Part shown: piece by piece, positions 36,311 through 47,600 of the stretch | Layout of the letters: each line of letters starts with the position of its first letter | How positions within the stretch are numbered: position 1 is the stretch's first letter | NCBI GenBank assembly: GCA_039621445.1 | Contig: CP154954.1 | Coordinates: 18,010,589 to 18,074,588 of the forward strand | Direction of reading: 5' to 3' | Length of the DNA: 64,000 nucleotides | Source: Euglena gracilis | Taxonomy: Eukaryota | Notes under the pieces: generated by a model | Seen by the model: the letters and a program-made list of their open reading frames with translations, nothing else | The model's database searches: none | What the model was told of the DNA's origin: nothing | Translations under genes and position numbers: made by a program

Positions 36311-38190
36311 ATGTCAACTTATCAAGGATGGCATTCAACCACCTTGGGTAAACCCACCAAAAATGTCACCCACCCAAAACCCAGGACAAATTTGAACCTG
36401 CACCAAGCAGAAAAAATACTGCTGGATTACGAAAAATCTGGATCCGTAAAGAGGGTGAGGGATTCAACCACCCAGAACCTAATCTCCTGGTTTCTGATTT
36501 CAAAACCAGAAGGGAAGCAGACAAAATGGAGACTAAAAAGCGATTCCAGGGAAATAAATCAACGTTTCCAAGTGAAACCATTCAAGCTGGATCACATCCA
36601 GTACATTTTTCCAGTGTTGGAAAAAGGCCACTGGGCAGCAAAAATAGACCTAAAGGATGCTTACTTCCACATCCCAGTGAGCCAGGCCTTAAGGCCCTTT
36701 CTAAGACATCAGGTGGGTGGGCAGACCTGGGAATTCCAGGCAGGCTGTTTTGGCCTGAATGTAATGCCCCAAATTTTTATGTCAGTAATGAAAACATTCG
36801 AAAAGCTGTGGAGGAAAAAGGGCATCCAGGTATTTATTTACCTGGACGACATTTTACTGGTGGCCCCAACACAAAACATCTTACAAAATCACCTGAACAC
36901 AGTGGTCAGGGATTTAATCAAATCAGGATTCAAAATCAATGTAAAAAAGTCCACCCTGCAGCCCACCCGAATCGTAAATCATCTTGGATTTCAGCTAAAC
37001 TTCCAAGAGGGAAAATTACAGGTGCCCCCCCAGAAAATAAAAACAGTAAAAAAGGACCTGGGAGAAATAGTGAAAAAAGATTACATGTCAAAAAGGCAAC
37101 TGGCTGCCATTTTGGCCAAATCAGATGCAACCTAATGGCCTTGCCCTTTCTAAGGGCCTTTCCGGATGCCCTGGCAATTTTTTTGGTGGAAAATTACACA
37201 GCCCCTGGGACTCAAAACATCCCATTTCCCAAAGAATAAAGGACCAATTAGGAGAAATAAAAATTCTGCTGGACACCTGGGGGGCAGACCCTTCCCCCAA
37301 AGTGCAACCAGGGAGTTGCACTCAGACAGCAGTACCCATGCCTGGGGGGGGGTTGGACATTGGAACAGGCAAAATTGTGCAAGAATTTTGGAGGGAAAAC
37401 TCCATTTTGCACATAAGTGTCAAAGAATTAAGTGCAGCAATAAGCACAGTTCAAAGCCCCAGCCAGCCAGGGGAAACTGTGTCCCTATCCGTGGACAATC
37501 AAGTAATTTACTATTACTCAACAAAAGGGAAGGGCAGAAAGGACCCTTTCAATTCCATGCTAAGACCTTTCTTCAAATGGTGCATGGAGCACAACATAAA
37601 CCTGCAAGTAAAGTGGGTCCCCTCCAAGGAATGCCTGGCAGACCCCATAAGCAGGTGGGAAAGGGACAGAGGGGATTATTCCCCGGACCCCCAACTTTTT
37701 CAATGGCTGAGACAGCAGCTAAAAAATTACATCAACCTAAAAACAGACCTTTTTGCCTCACCAGGCAACAAAAAAATGCCACAATTTGTGGCCAGGTGGC
37801 CCCACTGGGGAGCCACAGCAGTGGATGCATTACAATGTCCACTGGACAACATGGGGGGCCTTTATGCAAACCCCCCCTGGTCTGTTATCCAAAAATTTCT
37901 CCCCAGAATGAAAATGTTTCCACAGGCCAAAGTTTTGATGGTCACCCCCTACTGGGATTCAGCCACATGGTGGCCCCAGTTAATAAAAATGAAAGTTACA
38001 GGGACCCCCTGCCTGAAAATCACCCTCTACATGGGTGTGTTCACCAATTGCAAGGAGGAAAAGTGCCACCCCCCAGGTGGCCCCTACTTTGCATGCTTTG
38101 CTCAGGAAAATTCTGCAGGGGAAACAAGTACAAAATTCAACCATTATCGATTTCCTGGGCAGAAAACCCAGCTTAAAGCGTTATCAAAGC
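36311..38190 (+). pseudogene. E3 RT / RNase H / N6-methyltransferase-like pol (homopolymer frameshifts)
   Basis: IDLKDAYFH, FIYLDD, HSDSS, LADPISR, DLFAS, YANPPW. Confidence 0.93.
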
Positions 38191-39010
38191 GCTTTTACGC
38201 TTTTATGGGTAATTTTGGACAAAATGGGGGTACCCCCCCCCTGAAGCCACCACTGACCAAGTGGTTGACGCTTTAATTCAACTGTTCTAATTTTCAAAGG
38301 CCCAAGCACGCAATGCATACAGTGCTATGCTATTGATCCCTGGCTTTGGGGGCCTGAGGTTCCATGCCATGTTGGCACCTTACAAAAGGCTTTGGAACCA
38401 AAACCTGGAGAAATATGGTGCATTCTGGGATCCCCTCCCAATCCTCCTGGGGCTGGCACAGTCCCCCCTGCCCTCTGATATATGTACATTGCGTACACAA
38501 CTCATTTTCTGTTCACGAATCCTCTGTTTATACAGAAGTTCTGATTTGGCACAGGTCCAAAGAACCACCAGTGTGTTGGGGGGGGGCACCCTACATCAAA
38601 ATTAACCGTAAAGGTCAAAAACACCATAAGTGGGAGCGAGTTGTCTCCATTCCCCAATGCCCCCAAATCAGTCCCTTTCATTTAATTATGGCATATGTGG
38701 CAGCAACACGTTTCTTTGTGAAACCTGGGGGCCCCCTTTTAATTACGATAAACCCCCCCTATAAAGCCATTAAGGCAGACACCATTGCTTCTATCACCAA
38801 AGAATTTTTGACCAAACAGGGGGTACCCCCCCCCCAGGTTTGGGGACCCCACTCCACAAGAGGGGCAGGGGCTGGTTTACTCAAAAAATTGGGCCTTTCT
38901 GACCAAGAAGTTTTTGAAATTGGTCAGTGGAAGGGGGTGGAGGCTTTCACAGCCCATTATCAAAGACTGGGTGCCCAAGGTGCTTTGGAAGGTGACCTGG
39001 CCCCCCCCTT
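38090..39010 (+). pseudogene. E3 tyrosine recombinase (frameshifted)
   Basis: YRSSDL, HSTRG, GQW, AHY. Boundaries approximate. Confidence 0.9.
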
Positions 39011-40487
39011 TTTTAGTGCACAATCTGGCCTCACAATGGCAAAGTGCGGAGCCCGAGGTGTCTCGTACTCCCTCGAGGCAAGCCGAGAAGGGAGGAAGGG
39101 ACACCGCGGGCGAAGCACAAAGACATTGTGAGCCCGACCGTCCCACCCATTTAAGAACATTTGTCTTCAAACGCCCTCGGTCAGAAGATGGGGGCCAGGG
39201 GGGGGGAGGCGGGGGGGGGGGACCCTCCAGGGAAAAAGAAAGCGCCATGGTCGCCACGTCGGAGACAATGCAGCTAACTCCGGCGAGGCGGCACTAAGCG
39301 GGACCTCCTAACCCTGCGCAGCGCACAATCACACAACAAACCGCCGGCGAGCAAGGCATGGCCTCACAATGTCTTTGTGCTTCGCCCTCGGTGTCCCTTC
39401 CTCCTTTCTCGGCTTGCCTCGAGGGAGTACGAAAAGACCTTGTGAGCCCGACCCCCGACCCGTAAAAGAAAATTAGTGCTCAAAAGCCCTCGTTCAGAGA
39501 GTCGGGGCCAGGGAAGGGGTGGAGAGGGGGGGACACCCCCCAGGGGCAAGAAGCCACGTCGCCCAGTCGGAGCAGCATCGTCAGCCAACTCCGGCGGGGC
39601 GGCACTAAGCAGGGACTCCTAACCCAGCGCAAAGAACAATCCAAACAACACCGCCGGCGAGCAAGGCATGGCCTCACAAGGTCTTTGTGCTTCGCCCTCG
39701 GTGTCCCTTCCTCCCTTGTCGGTTTTTCCTCGAGGGAGTACGACAACACAACACAACAGCCGGCACACAAAGCAGGATCTCGCCCACAGAATGTGCGGAG
39801 CCCGAATGGTTGGTACCTCGCGCGGGGTGAAAAACGCCTCGGGCTACCCAGTTCGATTTGGTGCCTTTTTTTAATTGAGCCAACCAACACTGGTCACACT
39901 TCTGCGCTCGGAAACGCACAGAAGAAGATTAAAGAGAGCAGGACCATGTATAGAAAGTCTTGTCCCTCCTTTCCCTTCCCAGAAGGCGTTGCATTTTTTA
40001 AAAAAAGCGGTGCAGGCTTTTTGTTTTTAGGTAATTAAAAGAAAATCCCATTGAAATACTTGGAACTGAGCCTTTGGCCAAATGCATCGAAATACGGATT
40101 GACAGAAACCCGGATAACACTTGACCGCCCTGGAAAATAGCACCTTAAAAAGACTTAAAGTTCCTTTAAAAGCTTTAACTTTGGGGGAAAAAACCCTTCA
40201 AACATCATTCTTCCTGTGTCCTGGGAGCAAACCCCAACGAACAGTCCATGGCCAAGGCACCGTTCACAAAAGCAAAGTGCAGAGCTCGCGGTGTCGATAT
40301 GCTGGCGTGATTGCCACCTGTAAAGGCCCATTCAGTTGCCAGTATCAACCATTGCCGAGTGATGGCATAAAGTGGAGCCCCCACAGTACCCCACAGTACC
40401 CCACAGTGCCCCCCAACCCCCCACACCCCCCCACACCCCCCCCACACACCCCCACACTGCCCCCCCCACACCCCCCCCACACCCCCC

Positions 40488-40555
40488 CCCTCCCACCGGG
40501 ACCCCAGCGGTGCCCAGCCTCCCCGTGGCGGGAGGGGGTCAACGTGCTAAGGCGC
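40488..40555 (+). ncRNA. Candidate HDV-like ribozyme
   Basis: P1 CCCTCCC/GGGAGGG, P3 GCC/GGC, L3 TCCCCGT, P1.1 GG, J4/2 GCTAA, P2 GTGCC/GGCGC; P4 minimal. Confidence 0.5.
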
Positions 40556-41107
40556 GGCGAACCGGGCCAAAATTCTGGGAAGAGGTGGACCCTCCCCACC
40601 TGTGTTATATGGGACCCGCATTACCTTAGAAAAAATGCCACCCAACCTTTTCCCTGACCCGTGAGCTCATGCATCATCAGATTTGCACCCCCCCCCCCGA
40701 CAGCCCTAAATTGGCTCTACATGACTCTGCAACCAAATTGTCTCATTCTTTCTGTCCCCCCCACCCCCCGGTTTCCTCGGACTCATACGCCATATTTGCA
40801 ACCAACATTGACGAACGGGTGCCACTCTTGCAACTGCTATGCAAGACAACACGCCATTAAGCCAGCACCTCCCCACAATGAATGTGCGCAAATAATTAAA
40901 CTAAAAATAATCATAATTGAGTAACTCCTCAAATCCTGGGAGCATAAAACGTTGTGTACGTGCCCCGCCATGCCTCATTTTGAGGTTGAATTCCACCTTG
41001 GGCTGGCCCAGTGCTGACTGAGCGGATCTCCGAGTCCTGCTGAGCGGAATTCCGAGTTCCCTGTTGATATGGCCCCAACTTCTGACCTGCTCCTATGGGA
41101 ACGGTGT

Positions 41108-41195
41108 CATCTGCACCGGGACCCCAGCGGGTGTCCAGCCTCACCGACTTTCGGGCGAGAGGTGGCAACATGCCCTAAGCATGGCTAACCGGGCA
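41108..41195 (+). ncRNA. Candidate degenerate HDV-like ribozyme
   Basis: Same leader CCGGGACCCCAGCGG..CCAGCCTC; GG-CAA-CATGC-CCTAA-GCATG-GCTAA (P1.1, P4, J4/2); P1 pairing poor. Confidence 0.42.
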
Positions 41196-43439
41196 AACCT
41201 GGGATGAGGTGGCCCCCAACTTTTTTTCAGCTGAGCGCTTGACACACCACACAACCCTCCCCCCAAGGCAGGGGTATACCAATCGGCGCCCGTTCGCCCC
41301 TGGCCCCCCCACCCCCCACAGCGCCACGTGGCCCCTGACAGCAACCCCGACCACCCACACCCAATCCAGGGGTCTCGTTGGCCCTTCTCTCATGTTCTCG
41401 GACAACCTACCAGGCCTCTCCCGTACCTCTCCCCCCCTCCGCCCCGCCCCACCAGTGGAGGGGGGGGGCCGCTTCTACACTGGATCTTCACCACTCGGCC
41501 CGGGGGACCCCGGGCCGGCCTCCGACCTCCTGTACCTCCCAGCACAGTGGGAATCTATGCGCCATCGGACACCTTCACATACTCGGGGGGCCTCTCCGGG
41601 ATATCTTGAACAGCCACCAGCCCCCCGCCCACCCCCGGAAACTAGTCTTATTGTAACTTTTTTTTTCCTCCTTACCTCCCCAAAGAGTCCAACGGGCAAG
41701 GGCTGCCTCACCCCCCTCCAACTCGCCGCCCCGCGCCTAAGCTTCACAGCGCTGCTCAACATGCCTTTTCCCCTCTCACCACCCCCACCCCACCCCCCAA
41801 CGCTCCAGCGGGCATGGCTCTACCAAAACTGAGCGCAATCTGAACACCAATCACACGCTCAAAACCCGACCCGACTTCCACGCAGCGGGTCGCCATCCCC
41901 CGCCCGGGGGCCCAAAATGGACTCCCACGGCCCTAAGGGAAAGCAACCGCCCCTGGGGGCCCCAGCCCTGCTCAAGAGCCATCTGGGACGCGGTCATTTG
42001 CCTGCCCTAGCCACTCCTGAACCATCAAGATGACACAGGCATACCCCCCCCCCCTCAGAAAGGAGTGGCTCCCCGGGAAATCCTCAACCCAGCGCCCAAG
42101 ACTGAAGGGACCCCCCCCCAAAAAAAAACACTACACATGACCCATGCCTCGGCAGATTCACCGCTACATGAGGTTAGCCCTTACATGGAGAACCCCTCGG
42201 AGCACACCCAGTTTCCACGCCCCCCCCCCAGCTAGCGCACAGTGGCAGTCATCCCTACCCCCAACCTCAGGCTCCTCTGTTTTTTTTTTGGTTTGGTTTG
42301 GTTTGGTTTGGTTTGGTTTTTTTTAAAAAAAACTATTTATTTACTTACGTGATAACCACCCGCAAGTCCTCCCTTGAGAGTGCCGGGTCCCACCCCTGGC
42401 ATGATCATACAGTACCACCAACTGGGTTGACGGGAGCGACACCAGCCCTCTGAGACAAAAACCCCACCCAGAAACAGGCTGCCCCCCCCGACTTTCCAAG
42501 GCCTTGCACTGCTCAGGCATTGTGCCCATTAACCCCCCCTCAAATCAGCATCACCGAACAGCCCCGAACCCACTCGGTCCCCCCCCCCCCGCGCACTTGC
42601 TGCGAAAATCCAGGGACGGGCCCCCCACAACACGCTAACCCCCCCTCCGACAGACACCTCCCCACCCTGTGTGGGTGCTTGGCTCACGCCGGGCGGCAAC
42701 GCCGGCGCTCGCTCTAACGTCCTGGCCCGGCCCCAACCCCAGCCTATGTACGGGCCATGGACCAATGAGCTGCCGCCAAAGCCCGCGGCGGCCCATTCCC
42801 TCCCCCCCTCCCCGGAGCTGATCGCACGACCCCCCCCACCTTACAGACACATCACATCATACTACCCCGGACCCTGTGCGCGCTCTGCCTGCCCCGCAAC
42901 GTAGGGAGCCCCAGTGGAGGGAAACATTTGTTTCCGCCCCCCCTCATCCAAACTGGCTTTGAAGCCCCATTACGACCTCAACAAACCTTAGACGTCCCAC
43001 CGCTCCTCTCCCGACCCAGAGTATCGTAGGGCCAAATTTCACGCCCCACCGTAATTTGACGGACCCCGAGCACCCGAGCCCCCGAGCACCCTAAAGCTTC
43101 ACACCCGTCGCGAGGCTTTTCAGGCCCAACCAGACAAACTCTTCATCACCGGCCGACCTTAGAGGGACGACCGACGGGGCTAAGGCTAAATCAGGCTAAA
43201 AATACCTCCATTCCAAAGCCCCCCCCCCCCCAGCGGAGCCCAGCCTCTCCGTGGCGTAGGAGAGGAGTGGGCCCCACATCACCCCGGAGGTACGGCGACC
43301 AGGGTGCACCCAGCTGTTTCCCTCCTTTTCTGCATCATTTCTACGTTCCCCACCCTCTCCCTGACCGACCCTTGAGAGGAGGGCCTGGTCCGGTGAAAAC
43401 ATCACATCACTAGCAGGCACCTCCTCATTCCCCCGGCAT

Positions 43440-44158
43440 CTGCCCCCCAGCGGGCATGCCCTCATCCATCCATCATACCATCCTGGCCCCTGCCCCCCAG
43501 CGGGCACGCCCTCATCCAGCCATCGTATCATCCCGGCCCCTGCCCCCCAGTGGGCACGCCCTCATCCATCCATCATATCATCCCGGCCACTGCCCCCCAG
43601 CGGGCACGCCCTCATCCATCCAACATATCATCCCGGCCCCGGCCCCGCAGCGGACACGCCCTCATTCATCCATCCCGGCCTCTGCCCCCCAGCGGGCACG
43701 CCCTCATCCAGCCATCATATCATCCCGGCCCCTGCCCCCCAGCGGGCACGCCCTCATCCATCCAACATATCATCCCGGCCCCGGCCCCCAGCGGACACGC
43801 CCTCATTCATCCATCCCGGCTTCTGCCCCCCAGCGGGCACGCCCTCATTCATCCATCATATCATCCCGGCCCCTGCCCCCCAGCGGGCACGCCCTCATCC
43901 ATCCATCATATCATCCCGGCCCCTGCCCCCCCAGCGGGCACGCCTCATCCAGCCATCATATCATCCCGGCCCCTGCCCCCCAGCGGGCACGCCCTCATTC
44001 ATCCATCATATCATCCCGGCCCCTGCCCCCCAGCGGGCACGCCCTCATCCAGCCATCGTATCATCCCGGCCCCTGCCCCCCAGCGGGTACGCCCTCATCC
44101 ATCCATCATAGCACCCCGCCCCCTGCCCCCCAGCGGGCACGCCCTCATCCCTCCATCA
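43440..44158. repeat. ~50-bp minisatellite (about 14-15 units); remnants at 44545-44770
   Basis: Unit CGGGCACGCCCTCATCCATCCATCATATCATCCCGGCCCCTGCCCCCCAG at 43501, 43551, 43601 and onward. Confidence 0.95.
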
Positions 44159-45161
44159 CATTAGATAGCATCATTTTCAGGCATCTCCCCCAGTTGGAGT
44201 TGTCATACAGCGCTTATTTGTACACCGCATCCCGCACCCATCCAATGCATATTTTTTTATCCATTCATTCATTATTTATTTATTTATGTATTTATTTATA
44301 TATTTATTTTTTAATTTATTTATACATTTACTCATTTTGTTTATTCATTCATTCATTTATTTACTTAGTTAGTTATTTATTTCTGTTTTTGTATGTATGT
44401 ATTTATTTATGCATCTATTTGCTTTATTTTCATCTGCATACAAATACTCATTCGCTCATTCATTCATGTTTCATCTGCCCCCCAGGCTGCCAGAAATTAA
44501 GTTTGTGGGCTGTTGTGTCACACTTTATGAACCCCCCCCCCGCAGCATCACGCCCTCATACATCCATCATATCATCCCGGCCCCTGCCCCCCAGCGGGCA
44601 CGCCCTCATCAAAATCATCCCAGCGGGGACGCCCTCATCCCCATCATCCCCCACGGGGCATCATATATGGGCACGCCCTCATCCCATCATCCCGGCCCCT
44701 GCCCCCAGCGGGCACGATCACTATCCCGGCCCGCAGCGGGCACGCCCTCCCCTCCCATCCATCATCGGGCCCGGGGGCTTAGGCCTCAGTTTGTTCGCAT
44801 CCCTCGCACGCACACGGCATATTTTATATTTATTTTCATTTTTTATTTTTTATTATATTTTATTTTTTATATTATTATTTTTTTATATTTGTTTTTTTGT
44901 ATGTGCCCGCAGTATATTTGCAATTCTTCACCCATCACATTCCATGTATCCCATTCCGTGGGCTTGTTATCCCCCTCCACGTCCCTCAGCCCACTCACAT
45001 CAATCTTTTCAAACCCCACAGCCCAGTCTCACCTACTGTCTATATAAATGAAGGTGCCACCTGCACCCCGCCCACCCCCTCTCTCAGAACCAGCGACCCC
45101 CCCCCCGGGCCCTTAACCCCTTTAACATGCCCCCTCTTGGCTGTGCTGCGCTGTCTTCCAT

Positions 45162-45350
45162 CGGTCCACCGCGGCCGTCGACCTGGCGTTGTTCCCTCGG
45201 TCCACTGCCTCCACCCACTCGGTCCACCGCGGCCGTCGACCTGGCGTTGTTCCCTCGGTCCACCGCGGCCGTCGACCTGGCGTTGTTCCCTCGGTCCACC
45301 GCGGCCGTCGACCTGGCGTTGTTCCCCCGGTCCACCGCGGCCGTCGACCT
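45162..45350. repeat. 36-bp tandem repeat with palindromic core
   Basis: CGGTCCACCGCGGCCGTCGACCTGGCGTTGTTCCCT, about 4.5 copies plus a partial. Confidence 0.93.
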
Positions 45351-46135
45351 CTTAATTTTCGCCACAGATTTCACCGGTTTTTTTTTTTGCAGTCCATTTC
45401 AGTCATTCACACTGACTCACCAGTCGGCATCTCAAGTCCTCTTTTCGCAGCGAACCCCCAAATTTTCTGAGGATACCCACCTGTGGTAGACAGAAATAAA
45501 GCGGGGAAGCAAATTTCCCTCACATCTCCTATCCTGCACCACCACCCACCCCCATTTTTCTTGGACGTCGACACCCATTTCCTTTCCCCTTCCCCCTCCC
45601 AGATCGTAGTGATACACAACTCCTCTCCGGCTTGTTGCATTTGTGCTGATTGTCCTTTCCCTCCTGACCCGACATCATCAGGCCATCGTTTTTTTCATTT
45701 TTGCACGCACCATCCAATTCGTTGTTTTTTTTGTTCAGGCTGCTAAAGTGCAACCACCTATCTGCCACCGCCCTCTAAACACTATCTTAATTTTCGCCCA
45801 CAGATTTCACCGGATTTTTTTTTGCAGCTCATTTCAGTCATATCACACTGACTCACCAGTCGGCAGCTCAAGTCCTCTTCGCAGCGAACCCCCAAATTTC
45901 TGAGGATAACCCCACTGTGGTAGAAACAGAAATAAAGGCTGGGGAAGCAAATTTCCATCAACATCTCCTGCACCACCAGCCCACCCCCCATTTGCTTGGC
46001 ACTCGACCCATTTCCCCCTCCAGATCGTAGTGATACACAACTCTCTCCGGCTTGTTGAATTTGTGCTGCTTTCCCTCATGCCCCGACATCAGTGTTTCTT
46101 CTACTCCAACCATCCAATTCGTGGTTTTGTCTGCC
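45350..46135. repeat. Diverged direct duplication (~435-bp period)
   Basis: TCTTAATTTTCGCC(C)ACAGATTTCACCGG ... CAGATCGTAGTGATACACAACTC ... CATCCAATTCGT occurs twice. Confidence 0.85.
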
Positions 46136-47219
46136 GCCTCACGCAATTTTGGACCCTCCCCCATCTGGAAAACTCACCCCCCCCCGTGGTTTTCTGCACA
46201 CCAACTGCCTGGACCTCCTCAACTTTCTGGATTACCACAAGCTAATTTCCCATAGCTGTAAAATTTACCCCCCCCAACCCCCATGGTGTTCTACTTTCCA
46301 TAAACCTGACCTCCCGTTGTTGTTCTACCCCCTGAACTACAGATAACACCCTCGCCCAGATGGTCTCCTATCCACCGGGCCCGGCCCGCCGCGGTGGAGG
46401 CGCTGCAGGCCTCCCCATGCTCCATCGGTTTCAATATAACCCCAGCCACTTTGTGGAGTCCAACTCGTCAAAATGCCGGATAACCCCAGCCAACCCATTA
46501 CTCTACCTACTGAATTTCTGGCAAACCCAACCCCCAGTGGTCTTCGACACATATCACTTCCAGAAATCCAATGTACCAAATTTCCGCATAACCAGAACCC
46601 CCCATGGTGTTTCTCACGACCCATTACCAGCACTTTACCATACGAATTTCCGGACAATCCTATCATTATGGTGCACTATGCACCAACCTGGACCTCCCCA
46701 CCCCACGTGGTGTACTGGTGTACTGTACCGGACCATCCCAACCTTCACATGGTGTCCTACCCACCAACTTTCTGGATGCCACCGTCTCTCTGAATGCCAC
46801 CACCACCCCGTGGTGTTTTTTACCCTGTAAATTTCCGGGTGACCACACGCCAACACATAAGATGCCCTTGATTGCCCTTGTGAGGTACCACCTTTCCACC
46901 TCCCGAGTAAACATACCTACCGAGCTTTCGCCCCCAAGCACCTCGTGCCCTCCGGTTTCTGACTTGTTGGCTTAACCCCCCAAGGAAGATAACCCTTTTA
47001 TTTCCAGGCCTTCCTCAACCTCCCTGTGATGTTTCTTCCCAGCGAATCTCGAAACAACCCCAACGGCCCTGTGGTGTCCAACCCACCGAACTTCCGGATA
47101 ACCCCGCACAAGCCATGGTGTTCTACTCACCTAACATCTGTAAAATTTCCCCCCCCCCCCCCATGGTGTGGTGCATGCTGACTACCCAGCCACCCCCCCA
47201 CCACACACCACACCACCAG

Positions 47220-47600
47220 GTCACCAGCCAGACCGTACAGCTGCCCCCTCCCCTGGCACTGCGTGGCTGTGCGGCTCATGGCCGGCCGGGCCCGGCCGCC
47301 GCGGTGGAGGCGCTGCAGACCACGGTGGGCACGGTGGGCACGCTGCGGTCCGCGGCCTCCGAACCCGGCGCGGAGGGGCCCCTCACGCTGCGCCTCAACG
47401 CCACCGCCGCGGAGGCGGAGCCCCCCGGCCCCGACGCGGCCCTCGCCCTGGGGGATTACCTGGACGCCGCCTGGTCACCCCTCTGCTCATCCCAAAAGCC
47501 GTTGTGGAGCTGAACCACGGCGAGGACGCCCCGGACGGCCCGCCGTCAGAGGCTGCCCAGGCCCTCTCGGTCAGGCGACCCTGGATGACCCTGGATGAAT
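47220..47600 (+). pseudogene. GC-rich coding-like fragment(s) of unknown product
   Basis: Exon-like GC3-rich codons after a CAG (VTSQTVQLPP..LTLRLNATA..LGDYLDAAW). Partial copy at ~46375-46410. No family recognised. Confidence 0.3.

Larger units (their letters stand above)
34665..39432 (+). mobile_element. DIRS1-like element E3 (family A), full-length, nested in the ICR of E2
   Basis: Left terminus/ITR 34665-34791, ICR ~39027-39132, right ITR plus extension ~39271-39432; RT, RH, MT, YR. Confidence 0.95.
30446..39743 (+). mobile_element. DIRS1-like element E2 (family A), full-length but mutated; body 30446-34664 plus 39433-39743
   Basis: Left end GACACCTCGGG, right end GGGAGTACGA, ITRs, ICR split by E3. 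RT/RH/MT/YR carry stops and frameshifts. Confidence 0.93.
27760..39811 (+). mobile_element. DIRS-type element E1 (family B), 5'-truncated; body 27760-30445 plus 39744-39811, interrupted by E2/E3
   Basis: RT/RH/MT/YR resemble E5. The right inverted-repeat segment is split at GAACAC|CAACAC. Ends in the direct-orientation B repeat TGCGGAGCCCGAATGGT. Confidence 0.85.

Noticed and set aside
43456-45051. 531-aa ORF
   Set aside because: Translation of a 50-bp minisatellite and AT-rich low-complexity DNA.
45162-45350. 36-bp palindromic repeats resembling a CRISPR array
   Set aside because: Units are head-to-tail without unique spacers, there are no cas genes, and the context is eukaryotic.
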